Below are positions 47,633 through 61,608 of a DNA stretch of 64,000 nucleotides, in pieces (position 1 is the stretch's first letter; each line of letters begins with the position of its first letter). Below the pieces are notes generated by a model. The model worked only from the letters and a program-made list of their open reading frames with translations. It did not search any database and was not told the origin of the DNA. The DNA comes from Epithemia pelagica. Its lineage: Eukaryota > Protista > Bacillariophyta. The DNA is taken from contig OX337238.1 in NCBI GenBank assembly GCA_946965045.2, forward strand, positions 1,116,001-1,180,000. Reading direction: 5' to 3'. The position numbers were made by a program, and so were the translations under genes.

Positions 47633-48428
47633 TGTTAGGATTCTCACCGAAAACTAGGTGGCGAAACCTACAACTCATCGAATGATGCTAGTATTTTATG
47701 GCATCCGATGACATTTTCCTAAAAGTGAGAAAAGAATGTCGGCATGCTCGCGAAACTATAAATTTGGCCACGGCATGCTCGCAGTGCACGCGTTATCGGC
47801 GACCGCTCGGATATTAACTATGGCCCAACACGTGCGCGCCCAAAACTATCAAGTGCGCGCCTCTACTATCCGAGTACGCGCATCCACGATTCGACCTAAC
47901 GGTCTATGTAATCAAAGCACGAATCACGATCACGCGAGACCATATCTCTGTTCCCACAAATCCAAGAATGCAAACAGCAACGCGCCCAGGACAAGACTTA
48001 TACCACGACAAAGCAAGAGCTGTTGCATCCCATACATGTTATCCATCACCCTATACATTCAATATACACCAATGCCGGTCTACTCCAACCAGTGAGGACC
48101 TATCACACCAGATCCATGGCCGTATGCAAGAGCCAGGACTTCGGCACCGTCAACCACCTTAGTTAGTAATCGTCTCACAATCATTAATATCACCATTTTA
48201 ACACTCATCTTAAGACTTACCTCTTATCAGTGGACCGACTGCCCCCACCCACGGCGGACTTCGACTTGCAACTCTTCTCTGACCCGTGGAGGATTGTTGT
48301 ATCGGTTGGTGATTCGATTGTCGGCTCAGCGAGCCTTTTACCTATCCTAACTATCTGTCTAACCCCTGTTGAATCGAGAGAAGTTTATCAGATTAACAGT
48401 CTCATCGTTTATTTCCGAGAAGCTTTCG

Positions 48429-49184
48429 ATGTCTCACGACGATTCCAACCTCTCTATTCGACACATCTTTCATTCCTTCCAACAAAGCGGGGAGGAACTC
48501 CATCCACCCGTGGCCCATCCGGGCGAGCCCTTGATTGAAACTCCGAAACCGACCCCGACTCAGGCCAGTGCTCCGAATCCCTTCCAGACCCCGGACCAAG
48601 TGGTCCAGCCTCCTTCGATCCCGACTCAACCTTCGACTCCGCCTCGCCGTTTGAACCCTACTCGCACCCGACGTACGAGCCGTCTTCTTACTGCGCATAT
48701 CCGACACTTCCGCGAGCCGACTGAGTCGACTACCGACCCCGACGTGATCCGTTCCACAACCGAACGCGAGATTGATTTCCAGTCCGTCCAACCCGTGACT
48801 GACCTTGAGGACATCCAACGACTTCTCGACCTCTTGAACCAGTGCTCGAGACGCCGTTTCATTGTCCAAGCCCTGTTGGGCAACCCTGTGGAACCCATCC
48901 GTATTCGATTCATCTCCTTTGAACGTCCGACCAACTACTTCCACACCATCTGGATCGTCAACTCGACGACGAATCCGCTACCTACCCCGACTACTCGTCT
49001 CGACGAGTACGTCTCCTTTGTTCACGAGATCCATCTCTGCCAGGATTTCCGTGCGACTATCTACCCTCTCTTCACTCAACACGTGAACCACTTGTTGGAA
49101 GACGACGACGTTGAAGAACTAGCCACTACAGTGACCGATTCCGCATCTCGTCTTCAGTACCGAGCTGAAAGTGACCAAGAATAA
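48429..49184 (+). CDS. Extra ORF0 (251 aa) of A2
   Basis: Near-identical to 14366-15121, with 3 amino-acid changes seen. Confidence 0.65.
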   Translation: MSHDDSNLSIRHIFHSFQQSGEELHPPVAHPGEPLIETPKPTPTQASAPNPFQTPDQVVQPPSIPTQPSTPPRRLNPTRTRRTSRLLTAHIRHFREPTESTTDPDVIRSTTEREIDFQSVQPVTDLEDIQRLLDLLNQCSRRRFIVQALLGNPVEPIRIRFISFERPTNYFHTIWIVNSTTNPLPTPTTRLDEYVSFVHEIHLCQDFRATIYPLFTQHVNHLLEDDDVEELATTVTDSASRLQYRAESDQE

Positions 49185-49518
49185 GTAACTTTACGTAGTT
49201 TCTACACCAAACCAGACACAAGACCGAGTTCCGTCCAAGACTTAAACTCAACGCACATCCGGGTACCCTTGGTCGCACAACACGCCACACATTCCCGTCA
49301 AATCGCGAAAATTCGGCGAAAATTTGTTGAAACTCGGCGAAAATTTGTCGGAATCAACGGAAATTTCCAGGAGTCGCACATCACAACACACATCCGGGTA
49401 TCACATACGTGGTACATACGTGGCACACGTGGTACATCCGGGTTAACATCACATCACACATTAAATAAACCACATCACACCGCACATTAAATAAACATCG
49501 AACCAACCAAATAACATC

Positions 49519-52500
49519 ATGGAAGCGACACCTCCCAAGACACCGTTTACTCCTCCTGAGGACAAGTCAAGTCATATAACCAACCAAGATCTCTTCGACC
49601 ATATAACTTAAGGCATCTTTGGTTGTAATGATGAACGAGCCCAATCACTTCAAAAGTGGATGCGACATCATGGTTTTGAACATATCCTTCATGTCCTCGA
49701 CCATGTTGCAACTGATCCCGAGGAGACACTCAAGGATCTCATGCAATACAAGGTTGGAAAGCAAGTCAACGACCTACAGACAAGTACAAGATTACAACTC
49801 AAACTAATGGCATATTGGCTACTACAACAACGACAACTCCAACATGGAAAACTACCCCGTGCTACATGGATGAACCTCACGAGGGACCAATATGACGATT
49901 GGAGGATCAACACCGACTTTACCAAGTCTGGTATGAACCAAGACCCAGTTTCCCCTCTGAAATCACCTGCACACTCCGTATCATCCCGATCTCCCACTAC
50001 ATCCTCTACAACATCTCAATCCATGTTAGATCTCTCTGCTTTCAAAAAAGGAACCAAAAGAGATGCAACAGCATTTGAATCATTCAAAGACGAACGATAC
50101 TTTGATTCGTTTTGGCGTGTATTCAAATCAACTGCGAAAGCACAAGGATTGTCGAATGTTCTTGATTTCAATTACAAGGTACCCAAGGATGACGAATGCG
50201 CAGAGTTACTTTTCCGAGAACAACAAGTCTTTGTCTATTCTGTACTTGTACGTATTATCCAAACCGACCAAGGAAGAGCATACGTTCGAGAACATGAACA
50301 TGATGAAGATGCAAGAGCCGTCTTGAAGAAACTCCATGTTCTACACACTGAATCTGATCTAGCTAAGCGAGAAGTGTTACGCCTAACAAGCTACATTTCG
50401 AATCTTCGACTGGATGACTCTTGGCGTGGTACAACTTGTCAGTTTCTCCTACATTTCCAAGAACAGCTACGACTTCTGGATAACCTTGTACCACTGTCGG
50501 ATCGTATCCATGACCATACAAGGATGACCTTCCTTATGCAAGTTGTTGAAAAAGTACCTGATTTAAGACGAGTCAAGATCTTGGATAACGTTGTCAACAC
50601 AAAATCTGGAGCCAAGTCTCTCTGTTATCAATCATATTTCCGCCTGCTTCTTGATGCTGCTTTTGACCATGACCAAGCTACCCGAACTTCTGCGTCTAAC
50701 CGTCGTCGTCATGTAAAGCAACATGAATTTCAGTTGGATGAACCTTTTGAACCAGTGGAGCCCCCTGACTACCAGATCAACAACACGAATATCCAATCCG
50801 AAAAGTCCCCAACTTCGTCGAAAATCAGTCTTCCAAGAGATGTATGGTTTAAACTCTCTGAAGAGGATCGGCAAATCATTGTCGACTTCAATAAATCCGT
50901 CCAAGATTCCCCGACAACTCCACGCAAGGTCCAAACACATTCTCTTGACATTGATCCTGAACCGGACCCTGACCCTGATGCCAACAACGTTGGTGATACC
51001 CATCAAGATGCACCAGAACAAGATCCATTCGATACACCCTCTGATCCGGTTACCCAGTTTGTACACCAGGCTATTGCATTGACAGATATCAATCATCCAG
51101 CATCTTACCTCAGCAACATCTTGTCAACTTCTACGACAAAGTCAAGTCCTAAAGTCAAGTTCAAGTCTTCTGCCGATCACAAGCAAAAGGTTCATATGTC
51201 ACGGTATCTATTCTCCCGCAAATCCACCTTTTCTGGTAATCAACTCATCGATCGAGGTGCCAATGGAGGCCTTGCAGGATCTGACATGCGTATCCTTGCC
51301 AAAACCGGACGTCATATTACCATCGTAGGTATTGACAATCATGAATTGACTGGCCTTCCAGTTGTTACCTGTGCTGCCAAGTTTGATACAAGTGATGGAC
51401 CCATTATTGGTATCTTCAATGAATATGCCCACTATGGAAAGGGTTTATCTATCCATGCCCCAGCGCAATTTGAACATTTCGGCCTATCTGTCGACGAACG
51501 ATCCGTCAAGGTTGATGGCAAACAACGCATTACTACCCTTGATGGACGTGCATTGCCCTTACGAATCAAGGATGGCCTTGCATACATTCAATCTCTGGGA
51601 ATCCCTTCTGATGACGATATGGATAAATATCCGCATATTGTGTTCACTTCACCCCATATCTGGGATCCTTCTGTACTTGACCATACCCATCCAGACCCCC
51701 ATCAAGACCCTGCACCGAACTGGACATCTGTGGAGACTGATGGTAGTATGGAAACGTACCCCTATGACCAATATGGGGAGTATACCGATCGCGTTGTATG
51801 CACTTTGAATCTCCTCCTTGATCTCCCATATGATCATGGCCCCGATACACCTTCCTTCTTTTCCATCTATGCTGATCAAGATGGCAACGACCCCACACTT
51901 CATGCGTCTGTCCACAAACTCTACAAGGAACAATACGACTGGAAGAAATTTCGCCCTTTCTTTGGATGGCAATCGGAAGACGTAATCGCCGATACGTTCA
52001 AGCATACAACTCGTCATGGACACATTTCCTTTGACCAGGATACCTTGAAGAAACACTTTAAGGCCCGGAATCCTATCCTTAACCTACCACGACGGCATGA
52101 ACCCGTTGCCACTGACTCCATCTTCTCCGACACCCCGGCTGTTAACCATGGTGGCAAGATTGCTCAGATTTTTGTTGGTCGTGATACTTTGGTTACTGAC
52201 ATTTATGGTATCAAGTCTACCAAGCAATTCGTCAATACCCTCCAGGATAACATTCGTACACGTGGTGTCATGGAGACTTTGATCAGTGATGGTGGTTCGT
52301 CACTTATTTCCCACAAGGTCAAGGATATTCTTCGCACCCTTCTGATTGGTGAATACCGTTCCGAGCCCTATCATCAACACCAGAACAAAGCTGAGAACCG
52401 CTATCAGACCGTTAAGCGTATGACCAATGCTATCATGAATGCATCTGGTTGCCCTGCTTCTGCATGGTTACTTTGTTTAGAATATGTGTGTGACCTCCTC

Positions 52501-55200
52501 AATCACACTTCCTCTCCCACCCACTCTGGCCGCACCCCTCTTGAGGCTCTTACCGGTACCCCACCCGACATTACCCATCTCCTTTTCTTTCCTTTCTGGG
52601 ATGAGGTCTACTATCGTGTCGACCCTTCTGAACCTACCTCCGGTTCTTACCCTTCGTCTCCCGACGAGAAGCTTGGCCACTGGGTTGGTTTTGCTCACAA
52701 TGTTGGTGATGCCTTTACTTGGAAGATCCTCACTGCCGACAACGTCATCATCTACCGTTCCGCTGTCCGTCGCGTTGCCTCCACTACCCCCAACCTTCGT
52801 GTGGATATCTCTTCAGGGGAGGAGTCGCCGCATAAACCCACTGACAAGCAAGGTGACACTGTCTTTATTCGCAGCAGAAGTGAAGACCCATCCACACCTA
52901 TGCCAACAATTGACTATGACGATTTAGTTGGACGCACATTCCTTTGTGACACTGAAGAGAATGGGGAGCGCCACCGAGCACGAGTAATCAAACGAGTTGT
53001 CGACCTGGAACAAGATGCAACCAAACAAGAAGATCGACTCAAATACATCTTTCGCAAGTCTAACTCCAATGTTGATGAGATGATCTCCTACAACCAGCTC
53101 ATGGAATACATTGAAAGGGATAATCAAGCCCAAACGACAGGGGATAGTCTCTTCCGATTCAGAGACGTTATTGCACACCAAGGACCTTTGAACTCAAGCG
53201 ACCCAGACTATAAAGGGAGTAAATATAATGTCCTTGTTGATTGGGAGACTGGGGAGACGACATACGAACCTCTATCTCTTATTGCAAATGATGACCCCAT
53301 CACAGTCGCCATCTATGCCAAGAAAAATGGTTTGCTGGATCTACCTGGATGGAAACATCTCAAGCGATACGTCAAGACAAGCAAAAGACTCATTCGAGCA
53401 GCTAAACAATCCAGGATCAAACAAGTTCGTCGCTCTATCAAGTACAAGTTTGGTTTCCAAGTACCTCGCACCTATGAAGAAGCAGTGGAACTAGACAAGC
53501 AGTTTGGGAACACGAAATGGCAAGACGCAACAGAATTGGAACTCTCACAGATCCAATCGTATAACACTTTCAAGAACCATGGAAAAGCCAAGTTCATTAA
53601 TGGGAAATTGGCCAATGCACCAGAAGGATATCATAAGATAAGAGTACATCTGGTCTTTGATGTCAAGCATGACGGAAGGCACAAGGCACGACTTGTCGCA
53701 GATGGACATCTCACCAAGGAACCCGTTGAGACCATCTATTCAGGGGTTGTCTCCATTCGCAACCTTCGCATTGCCATATTTCTTGGAACCATGAACGACA
53801 TGGAAATATGGGGAGCAGATATTGGGAACGCATATCTAGAAGCATTGACAGGAGAGAAGATTTTCATCATTGCAGGACCAGAGTTCAAGGAGTTAGAAGG
53901 ACATATCTTGATCATCTACAAGGCATTATATGGTCTCAAATCCTCAGGTGCTCGCTGGCATGACAAACTGTTTGATGTTCTCATTGATATGGGATTTTCT
54001 CCAAGCAAGGCTGACCCTGATATTTGGATGAAGAAGGCTCCTGGAGAAGACTGTTATGAATATATCGCTGTATATGTTGATGACTTAGCTATCGTTGCCA
54101 TGGACCCTGAAGATGTCTGCAAGATCTTTACAGAAAAATACAACTTCAAACTCAAAGGAGTCGGACCTATCGAGTATCATTTGGGGTGTCGTTATACCAA
54201 AGATCCAGACGGTACACTTGTGTCTGACCCACGAAGGTACATCGAGAAGATGATGGATACCTATGAACGATTGTTCAATGAGAAACCCAAGAAAGCAAAG
54301 CCGCCAGTCATTGCTAACGATCATCCTGAACTTGATGACTCTGAGCTTTTAGATGAAGAAGGGATCCAGCATTTCCAGACTCTTATTGGACAACTGCAAT
54401 GGCTAATTACCATTGGCCGTTTTGATGTCTTCCCTGCTACCATGACTCTATCAAGGTTCAGAGCTGCTCCAAGGATTGGTCATTTGAAGCGAGCTAAGCG
54501 CATCTATGGATACCTCATGTCATTTCCTGATGGGTCTATCAGATTCCGCACTGGGGAGCCAGATTTATCAGCTTTACCTATCCAAGAATACGATTGGAGT
54601 CGTACCGTATACATGGACGCCAAAGAACGTATCCCTGAGGACTGTCCAACCCCACTTGGGCGTTTTGTGACAACTATACATTATGTCGACGCAAATCTCA
54701 TGCATGATATGGTTACTGGGAAAGCAGTTACAGCCATCCTGCATTTTGTAAACGGTACACCCGTGGACTGGTACAGTAAGCGACAAGCCACAGTGGAGAC
54801 AGCCACATATGGATCTGAATTTGTTGCCGCAAGGACTGCAGTTGATCAGATCACGGAGCTACGCCTTACACTCCGATACTTGGGAGTCCCTCTACGAGAG
54901 AAGAGTTACATGTTTGGAGATAACCGCTCTGTCGTTATCAATAGCACCGCACCACACTCAATCATCTCCAAGAGGCACCATCTCCTATCCTATCACCGAG
55001 TCCGTGAAGCTATCGCCGCAAAGTACGTCGCATTCTACTGGAAAGATGGAAAGACAAACCCAGCTGATATCCTCAGTAAACATTGGGAATTCGCCGCAGT
55101 TTGGCCCATGCTCAGATCTTTGTTATTCTGGAGAGGAAAAGTCCAGGAAAGTGATGAGGGAATTGACAATCCTCATTCGACGAATTGTGGGGAGTGTTAG
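49519..55200 (+). pseudogene. A2 Gag-Pol with a nonsense codon at codon 31 (AAA>TAA, 49609-49611); open 1846-aa frame from the Met at 49660
   Basis: Aligned with A1: CAT ATA ACT AAA (A1) versus CAT ATA ACT TAA (A2); the rest is uninterrupted. Confidence 0.92.
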
Positions 55201-55957
55201 GATTCTCACCGAAAACTAGGTGGCGAAACCTACAACTCATCGAATGATGCTAGTATTTTATGGCATCCGATGACATTTTCCTAAAAGTGAGAAAAGAATG
55301 TCGGCATGCTCGCGAAACTATAAATTTGGCCACGGCATGCTCGCAGTGCACGCGTTATCGGCGACCGCTCGGATATTAACTATGGCCCAACACGTGCGCG
55401 CCCAAAAGTATCAAGTGCGCGCCTCTACTATCCCAGTACGCGCATCCACGATTCGACCTAACGGTCTATGTAATCAAAGCACGAATCACGATCACGCGAG
55501 ACCATATCTCTGTTCCCACAAATCCAAGAATGCAAACAGCAACGCGCCCAGGACAAGACTTATACCACGACAAAGCAAGAGCTGTTGCATCCCATACATG
55601 TTATCCATCACCCTATACATTCAATATACACCAATGCCGGTCTACTCCAACCAGTGAGGACCTATCACACCAGATCCATGGCCGTATGCAAGAGCCAGGA
55701 CTTCGGCACCGTCAACCACCTTAGTTAGTAATCGTCTCACAATCATTAATATCACCATTTTAACACTCATCTTAAGACTTACCTCTTATCAGTGGACCGA
55801 CTGCCCCCACCCACGGCGGACTTCGACTTGCAACTCTTCTCTGACCCGTGGAGGATTGTTGTATCGGTTGGTGATTCGATTGTCGGCTCAGCGAGCCTTT
55901 TACCTATCCTAACTATCTGTCTAACCCCTGTTGAATCGAGAGAAGTTTATCAATGCA

Positions 55958-58476
55958 AAGATGTCCTATGATGACTACTATCGTGTGTTGACTAATGCTG
56001 CTTTTCAATTTGATCAGCACTTAGCTAGCAAGAATGGATCTAAACGACAAGCTTATGCTTCCCAACAGTGTGATCACGATATTTTTGACTCTGATCATTC
56101 TAGTTCTCATGATGATTTCATTCAAGAGGATCTTGTATCTATTTTTCAAGCTAATCGGACTCGTAATCGCACTGATACTCGTACTCAGCGTATTTTTCTC
56201 CCTAAGGATATTTGGGATGCTACTTCAGATGAAGTTAAAGAGATGCTAAAAGCACACAATAAACGTATCTTGGCTAACTCACCTAATTCTAAACCTCGTC
56301 AAACGAACCTACATGAGGTTAGTGAATCATCTGCTGATGAAAATCCAACAGCTACTGATAATACTGAAGAAGCTTGCCAAGAAGCTGCTGTTGCTACTGA
56401 GTCTGATCCTAGTCCTGATCAGCTTCTCGCAATGTTACATGAGCAAACTGATTATCCTGAATCTGATATTCAGCGCGTCCTTTCTGCCAACAAGGCTAAA
56501 TCTAAGGGTGTTAGTTTCTCTATCAATGCTACCTATCGCTTCTCCAAGGCTAACCTTAATCCTACCTTTCAGTTGATTGATAGAGGGGCCAATGGTGGTT
56601 TAGCTGGGAGTGATTTGAAGATTATCCACAAAACTGGTCGAAAGATTAACATTATTGGCATTGATAATCACGAGGTAACTGGTTTGGACATTGTTACCGC
56701 TGCAGGTCTTTATTCTACACAGCTAGGTACAATCGTTGGTATTTTCCATGAGTATGCTTACCTTGGAAAAGGTCGTTCGATTCACTCTCCGCCACAAATG
56801 GAATATTTCAAGACTCTTGTTGATGACAAGTCAGTTCTTGTCGGTGGTCGACAGCGTATTGAGACTCTAGACGGTTATGCCTTACCTTTGATCTTTAAGG
56901 GTGGACTTGTCTATTTGGATAGTCTAGGCATTCCTACTGATAATGACCTAGCTACCTATCCTCATGTCGTCTTTACGTCACCCGATGAATGGAATCCTGA
57001 CGTCATGGATCATTCTCATTCGTCCAATCCTGATACACATTCTGATTGGATGGATCTTGTCAACCCAGACCCTATTGATCGTGATTTTTCTGCGACTGGA
57101 GACTATGTTCATCGCGTCAACCTAGTTTCCCAGATTCTTACCCTTCATCAACAGACAAACCTAGCTGGTGCCGTCGACTTTCAACACAGTCGTTATCATC
57201 AACAATCTCTGAAATCTGAAGATTTTGAAGCCCTACGTCCTTATTTTGCTTGGGCATCGGCTGATAGCATAGCTAATACCTTTAAGGTTTCTACACGCTA
57301 TGTGGGATTTTCCCCTCATGATTATCTCAAGAAGCACTTTCGCACTCGTAACCCTGTGCTCAATATCGGTCGTCGTCGTGAAGGGGTTGCCACTGATACA
57401 GTCTTTGCTGATACACCTGCTATTGATAATGGTTCTAAGGCTGCTCAGATTTTTGTTGGAAGAGATACCCTTGTTTGCGATGTGTATGGAGTCAAATCTG
57501 ATGCTCAATTCGTCAATACCCTTGAGGATAATATCCGACTACGGGGAGCTATGGACGTTTTAATCAGTGATCGTGCTCAGGCTTTAGTTTCTAAGAAGGT
57601 ACAAGACATCCTACGGTCTTTGTTTATTTCTCAGTACACATCTGAACCTCATCATCAGCATCAGAATTTTGCTGAAAATCGGTACTCTACTCTTAAGCGC
57701 TGGACTAATCTTATTCTCAATACCTCTGGTTGTCCACCTAGCTGTTGGTTACTTGCCCTAGACTATGCGTCGACCGTGCTTAACCACCTTGCTTCGCCGG
57801 CGCTTAACGGTCGCACCCCCATTGAGCGCCTGACGGGCTCCACTCCTGATGTCAGTTTCTTACTTGCTCATTATTTCTGGGAACCAATTTATTTTTCTTA
57901 TGATCCTGATCGATCTTCTTACCCTTCTACTGGTAATGAATCTAAAGGTCGTTGGGTAGGTTTTGGTACTGGGGTTGGGGATCCATTAACATGGAAGATC
58001 CTTACTGATGAGACCTCTACGATTTTGTTTCGATCTACTATTCGTAGTGCTACCTCTTCTTTACCTAACCGACGTCTAGATCCAGAAAAAGGGGAGATAG
58101 TTCATGTCAGAGGTCGTCATGAAGATAGTTCTTCTGGATCTACACCTCCTATGCCTACTATAGATCCACATGATCTACTTGGCCGTAAATTTCTTGGCCC
58201 TAAACTGGAAACTGGGGAGCGTTTCCGTGGGTTAGTTGTTGCTATGGTCCAAGATCAAGCTTATCGTGACCGAAAACGTTTTGAAGACCTCAGTTTTGAA
58301 GTGGAATATGATGAAGGTCGCCTTCGTGAGATTGTCACTTACAATGAACTTCTCAATCATCTAGATCATGATCCTGACGACGTTGTTTTCTCTGAGCAAG
58401 AGTATCGCATGCGGCAAATCACTGCTCATCAAGGTCCTCTCAAACCTACTGATGCTCATTACAAGGGATCTAGCTA
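55958..58476 (+). pseudogene. B Gag C-terminus, protease and integrase (interrupted by the MITE)
   Basis: IDRGANGG, VATDTVFAD, LISDRAQ, HQNFAENR. Confidence 0.92.
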
Positions 58477-59081
58477 AGGGCTGGGTAAGCCGATCCATGT
58501 TCGGCTAAGTAGGTTCAGTACAAAAGCTACGTAGCGTACATAAAACCCCATAGTACACGTATTACCTGAAATGGTGGGAAGTCCGAAAAAATGCAAAAAC
58601 ACTCCACGATGACGGCGAGATCCGTTGATGCCGCATGCATTTACCGATGCATCGCATCAACATCCTACTACTGTAAGTTGTTTGAGTTTGCTAGTATTAC
58701 TGTGTTCTGCAGCTACAGAAGATTTGTCGCGTTGGATCAAAAGGTATACTCATTTTTCTGTGGTGATGAAATCGAACGACCGCCCTAACTCACTCATTTT
58801 TCAATGCTGACTCGACCGAATTGAAAGCATAGTCACTCTAGTAGTAAATAATCTTCTTGTCAAAGCGGTCGAGGCAAGCTCTATTATTGAGGAAGTTATT
58901 GCCATGGGGGTGATTTCTTCGACCATTGTCGAGTGATGGTTTCCGGATTGCATTGTTTCTCGTGGCAGCAAGTTTTCGATTTGTGACCATTCGCCCCACT
59001 TGCTACAGTGATGAAAATAGTACTACGTAGCTTAATGTACTGAGCCTACTTAGCCGAACATGGATCGGCTTACCCAGCCCT
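58477..59081. mobile_element. 605-bp non-autonomous DNA transposon (MITE), TA target duplication
   Basis: TIR AGGGCTGGGTAAGCCGATCC... is perfect for 37 bp and imperfect to ~60 bp. TA flanks at 58475-58476 and 59082-59083. Excision restores AGC TAC AAC (S-Y-N). Confidence 0.93.
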
Positions 59082-59083
59082 TA

Positions 59084-61112
59084 CAACGTTCTTGTCGAAT
59101 GGGAAAATGGGGAGACTAGCTATGAGCCTCTTTCTTTTATAGCTAGTGATGATCCTTTGCTATGCGCTATCTATGCCAAGAATAATGGACTACTCGACTT
59201 AGATGGCTGGAAGCACCTAGCTAAATACGTCAAGACTGAAAAACGACTCATCAAGACACTCCGTCGACATTTGCAGCAAGCCAAGAAAAAGATGATCCGG
59301 CGTAACTCTCGCGCGCAAATCAAGTACCGTTTTGGCGTGCAAGTTCCACGGGATTATGATGAAGCTATCCTGCTAGACGTTCAGAACAAGAATAACTTAT
59401 GGTCAAAAGCAACTGAACTCGAGCTAGATCAAGTCATTCATCAATATAAGACATTCCTAGTTCAGGATAAGGCTATTTTTCAAAATGGGAAGCTTATGAA
59501 TGCTCCTGAAGGATACCAACGGTTGAGAGTTCACCTAGTTTTCGATGTCAAACATGATGGACGTCGAAAAGCTAGACTTGTAGCTGATGGGCATTTGACT
59601 ATACGAGACCCGTCTATGTCAAGCTACTCAGGAGTGGTATCAATACGTGGCCTACGTCTAGTTATCTTCCTCAGTGAACTGAACAAGCTGGAGATCTGGG
59701 CAGCTGACATTGGAAATGCTTACCTAGAAGCACAAACAAAGGAGAAGCTATTCATCATAGCTGGTCCTGAATTTGGAGATTTGGAAGGAAAAATCTTGAT
59801 TTTTGATAAGGCACTTTACGGACTTGTGACCAGTGGAGCACGATGGCATGATAAACTCTACGACGTCTTACAAGAAATGGGATTTAAACCATGCAAGATT
59901 GAACCTGACATCTGGTTTAAGCTAAACGAAGAGCACGGTGTCTACGAGTACATAGCAGTTTACGTAGACGACCTAGCAATTGCTGCAAAGAACCCGAAAG
60001 AAATTTGTGATACTTTCACTGAAAAATTTAAATTCAAACTCAAAGGTGTGGGCCCAATAGCATATCACCTAGGGTGTACATACAAGAGAGAACCAGATGG
60101 AACATTGGTTGGGGACCCCAGACGATACGTTGAGAAGATACTCGAAGGATACGAAATCTTATTCGGGAACAAACCGAAAAAGTACAAGACTCCATTAGAC
60201 CGGCAAGATCATCCTGAACTAGATGATAGCGAGCTATGTGAAGAAAAGGACATTGCCATCTATCAATCCATTATAGGGCAACTGCAATGGGTGGTGACTA
60301 TAGGTCGCTTTGACATCTTCACTTCCGTCATGACATTGGCTAGATTCCGTGCCGCTCCACGAATTGGCCATTTGGAACGTGCAAAACGAGTTGTTGGATA
60401 CCTAGCAGGCATGTATCATGGAGCAATCCGTTTTAGACTACATGAACCAGACTACTCCAATCTGCCAGACCAAAACTATGACTGGTTCCGCGTTTACGAT
60501 GGAGCACGAGAGGAAGTTCCAAAAGATGCACCGGAACCTAAGGGTCTACCCGTTGTTACAACTACCTATGTCGATGCTAACCTAAAGCACGACATGATTA
60601 CGGGGAGATCAGCATCTGGGATTCTACACCTAGTCAATGGAACTCCCATGGACTGGTACTCCAAGCGACAGGCAACGGTTGAGACTGCAACCTTTGGCTC
60701 TGAATTTGTCTCTGCACGGATTGCATGTGATCAAATCATGGAACTACGCATTTTTCTTCGTTACCTAGGAGTACCACTACGAGATTCTAGCTACCTATTC
60801 GGAGATAACAAGTCAGTGGTAACCAATAGTACGGTACCACATTCAATCCTTAGCAAACGCCATCATTTTCTGAGCTACAACCGTGTACGTGAGTGTATGG
60901 CATCGAAGGCTATCAAGTTTTATTGGAAGGATGGCAAGACCAATCCCGCTGACGTGTTGACTAAAAATTGGGATTTTGTCACGGGATGGCCACTCCTTAA
61001 ACCTCTGCTATTCTGGCGAGGTGATGTTAGTGCTTTGAACGATAAGATCAATGAACCAAAACAAGACAGACAGACGAAAGGGGAGTCGCACAAGGTAGAT
61101 GACCGTGACTGA
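59084..61112 (+). pseudogene. B reverse transcriptase and RNase H
   Basis: YVDDL, VDANL, FGSEF, DNKS, NPADVLTK; the stop codon lies inside the 3' LTR. Confidence 0.93.
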
Positions 61113-61608
61113 TCGTACGATGAGTCACGATCAATACCTAGTGGTTTCATCTGGCTGTGACGTCATAATATACAAACACCTAGCACATGTAGATCGTAGT
61201 TTAGACAATGGGGAGAAAGGGAATACGATAGGAGGCGCTTTCAATGGCCTTGGACATGAGCTAGACATCATCCATGAACATGTGCGATATCTTGGGACGA
61301 TTGAATGCGATCTAGATGTCAGATGCACACGAACCAGCAATGCTGCGTGTAGATTTCTACGTACCTAGTACAAATGGATGGAAAAGGGGGAACAACAACA
61401 ACGAGCACTAACATAGACGATAACACTCACAATTCTAAAAAGCATCATCATCACATCTCTTTGTGTCCTACCTACTCTTCTAGTAGTTGATGGCCTTTTC
61501 CTTGACCCGTGGGGGATTGGCTACGTGGTTGGTGCCTTGAATTGTCTAACGCTTTGTTGTATCTTTGATTGTTGTGTCGTAACGACCGGAGTCCTTCATC
61601 TTTTGTCA
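61086..61608 (+). repeat. B 3' LTR, preceded by PPT GAAAGGGGAG (61076-61085)
   Basis: Direct repeat of 44960-45482. Confidence 0.95.

Larger units (their letters stand above)
47633..55952 (+). mobile_element. Copia family A, copy A2, nested in B gag
   Basis: 758-bp LTRs at 47633-48390 and 55195-55952 (2 mismatches found), TSD ATGCA (47628-47632 / 55953-55957), PBS at 48391-48404, PPT GGGGAG at 55189-55194. Confidence 0.97.
44960..61608 (+). mobile_element. Ty1/copia (CoDi-like) LTR retrotransposon, family B, hosting nested A2 and a MITE
   Basis: 523-bp LTRs with 1 mismatch, TSD GGGGA (44955-44959 / 61609-61613). Removing both insertions restores a continuous Gag-Pol frame of ~1875 aa. Confidence 0.96.
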
